Part shown: piece by piece, positions 61,518 to 64,000 of the stretch
Layout of the letters: the number at the start of each line of letters is the position of its first letter
How positions within the stretch are numbered: the first letter of the stretch is position 1
NCBI RefSeq assembly: GCF_006345805.1
Contig: NC_043000.1
Coordinates: 8,122,001-8,186,000 of the forward strand
Reading direction: 5' to 3'
Origin: Octopus sinensis
Lineage: Eukaryota
DNA: 64,000 nucleotides
Notes under the pieces: generated by a model
The model's database searches: none
What the model was told of the DNA's origin: nothing
What the model saw: the letters and a program-made list of their open reading frames with translations, nothing else
Program-made: the position numbers and the translations under genes

Positions 61518-62885
61518 ATGACTGAATAATTGTTACCTAGGATATGAAGGGCCTCAAGAAGTAAGGGATTATCTACTCAGTGGTCTCAGGTCACTTAATT
61601 TAGATGTGGTAGCCATCAGTGAGACTTGGCTTTTCAACATTCATCTATTTACTCTTCTGGACAAGTACAAATGCTTTTTTTCGTCCACTTGGGTCATGTT
61701 AGACAACAGTAATGTTTAGAAAATACCTAATTCCTAATGACCTTAAGGACCTAGATGGCTGGTTATGAGTAAAAGTGAAGGTGCTATGCTTTAGTCAAGT
61801 GGACCCCTATACAGCAACAAAGGAAAGTTGGCCAAATTTCACCAGGCATCTGAAGACCTTTTTGAGTACATCTCACTTAGTGGTGTTATAGGATGATTAG
61901 AATGGCATCTGAAATGTGTACTGAGATCAGATGGGATTATCATAATGGGAAGAGGGATGCAAAGGCTTTATAATCTTGTTCAAACATTTCCAGCTGCCTG
62001 ACAAATTCTGACTGGATTACCTGGATGGATCAGTGTAGAAATGGGCAAATTGCTGAGGGTACTCAAATAGGTTATTTGTCAGGATATTCAAGAGATGTAG
62101 CATAAATTGTCATCATTTTGTGGTGGTTGATTACACAGAACATAATTTTCTGATCTGAATGACCAATCTAAATTGGACATTGTGGAAATGTCTTGTAAAA
62201 CCATCATTTACAGAGAGGGAAGTCTACAAGAACTGGTTCAGTAAACTAGTTTAAGCTGAACTTGAGGGACTGGTTATAAAAGATATATGGTGGACAGATT
62301 TGGAATGAAAAGTTGAAGTGGATAAATTAGGGCAGTAGAAAGATTTAGACAAGAGATGGAATTAATAGTCAGCTTAGAAAAGTTTGTTATAAATGACATT
62401 GCATCTGAAGTGGTAGTGTTGAGAATAGCACTTGACCAAATTTCCAAAGTGAAACTTGAAATTTTTATCGTTGAAACTAAGGTGCTTGTGCTAGAGCATG
62501 AGAGCAATAAAGATCCAGACAGCAGATCACAGATCCAGAAAGCAGATCACGGGGGGGGGGGGTCCAGACAGCAGAAGTTCATCATGACAATCAAAACACT
62601 ATATGGTCAGGGTTATCATTGAGCTGTAGAAGGTAGGTGATATCTAATTCCAAGTGAATATGTATGGCTTGTCAACAGCTCTCTCTTGAAACAGTCTCAG
62701 GGGAGTAAAGGACTAGAGATAGTGTCTTTTGATAGCTATCTTGATGCTTTGCAACAAATCATTACAGAAGAGTGGGAAGGCAGGCAAAATCTGATTTCAG
62801 CTTCTGAAACAGGAAATGTTATATCTGACTGTGAATGAGATAAGACTCCAGGACTGAATATTATTATGATATGATTGTAGTATGC
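61518..62885 (+). pseudogene. Heavily decayed Tx1/L1-clade LINE ORF2 (endonuclease to the start of RT)
   Basis: VT*DMKGL, LDVVAISETWL (61603-61632), LVVL*DD*N (GDWN-like), NRLFVR (DR-like) and DSYLDAL...DKTPGL (62852-62866; KSPG-like). Confidence 0.65.
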
Positions 62886-63043
62886 CATACTTATTCACTC
62901 CTCTCTTGACAGGGAGTTAGTGGAACTGACCGCAGACTGAGCCAAGCACTGGTGGTGCTGTTGGTGAATAATGCAGTAACGCAGACAAAGGGTGGGAGGA
63001 CACAATGAACAACTCCAAGCTCATAATACAGTTCTATATTTAA

Positions 63044-63300
63044 CCCACGGGCATATGGCGTAGTGGTTAAGAGCACAGGCTACTAACCCCAAGATTCCGA
63101 GTTCGATTCCAGGCAGTGACTTAAATAATAATAATAATAATAATAATGATGATGATGATGATGATAATAATAATAACATTGAAAAATACCTTAGGAATGA
63201 GAACCCAGGTTTGAAATTTCCCCATGACACCTGATGAAGGCTGGAGGATATATCTGCCAAACAAGATGAGGACAAGTATCTGTCAAATGTAAATAATGTC
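63044..63300 (+). mobile_element. tRNA-headed SINE (A/B boxes) with internal (AAT/GAT)n and a partial hammerhead motif
   Basis: A-box TGGCGTAGTGG (63056-63066), B-box GAGTTCGATTC (63099-63109), and CTGATGA-aGGC...GCC-AAAC (63231-63262). Confidence 0.65.
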
Positions 63301-63525
63301 CAATCCCATAACTCTACCAAATATCAAGTTAAAGATGTTGAACAAGGTGTTCACAAAGAGTTTAGTACTTGTGGCTAATAGCATCACTTGGCCCACACAA
63401 ACCTGTGAAGTCCTGGACAGCTCTATATCGGACAAATTCCACTTCATCGTAACGAAGGGTTGGAACCAGACCTGGCTTTGTTGGGGACGTTGATCAATTT
63501 GACTTTTCTCCTATTCTTTCCAAAT

Positions 63526-63554
63526 GACTACTACTACTACTACTACTACTACTG

Positions 63555-63589
<35 letters not shown>

Positions 63590-63590
63590 A

Positions 63591-63646
<56 letters not shown>

Positions 63647-63647
63647 G

Positions 63648-63679
<32 letters not shown>

Positions 63680-63725
63680 ACTGCTACTACTACCCCCTCC
63701 CCTACTGCTGCCACTGCTCATGCTG
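63526..63725. repeat. (CTA)n/(CTG)n compound triplet repeat
   Basis: Direct reading. Confidence 0.95.
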
Positions 63726-63899
63726 CTGTATACACATGACTGTTCCTAAAACATACTCATGTACTTACTCAAGCACTTAGAAGTCCTCTATAATTAAAGC
63801 CATGCTGATACTTCTTTGAAGGTGCATACTTACTTATATACACCCACAGACACATGTATGCACACATACACATACACACTCATATGCACACTCATTAAC

Positions 63900-63933
<34 letters not shown>

Positions 63934-64000
63934 TGTATATATGCATGTATGTATGTATGTATGTATGCAAGTATATATTTATGTATGTATGTATGTGTGT

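Noticed and set aside
63051-63120. Functional tRNA gene
   Set aside because: A and B boxes are present, but the acceptor stem is not formed and SINE-like body sequence follows; treated as a SINE head, as at 18832, 21645 and 26601.

Overview
AT-rich eukaryotic DNA, almost entirely repeats. It is most likely from a coleoid cephalopod (Octopus-like); this is inferred from the SINE/RTE/mariner/microsatellite landscape and was not tested by search. No host protein-coding gene could be supported; most ORFs in the track are microsatellite translations. Retroelements: a frameshifted CR1-group LINE (1-3780, +) with tandem CCCH-like fingers upstream of APE-RT; a 5'-truncated RTE LINE with an uninterrupted RT ORF carrying a PHD-like finger (37921-40326, -); and decayed R4/Dong-like, Tx1/L1-like, RTE and CR1 fragments. 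Also present: several mariner/Tc1 relics, several tRNA-headed SINE families, foldback MITE-like elements, a ~1.05-kb near-identical tandem duplication and minisatellites. The most notable signal is a set of non-coding ~300-360 bp repeat units carrying minimal type I hammerhead-ribozyme motifs, resembling retrozymes or Penelope pLTRs. One copy (23696-23738, -) has a complete fold with a compensatory U3-A8 core. Related decayed motifs occur at ~6.4, 24.2, 40.5, 50.5-51.35 and 63.2 kb. All alignments and mismatch counts were made by eye.
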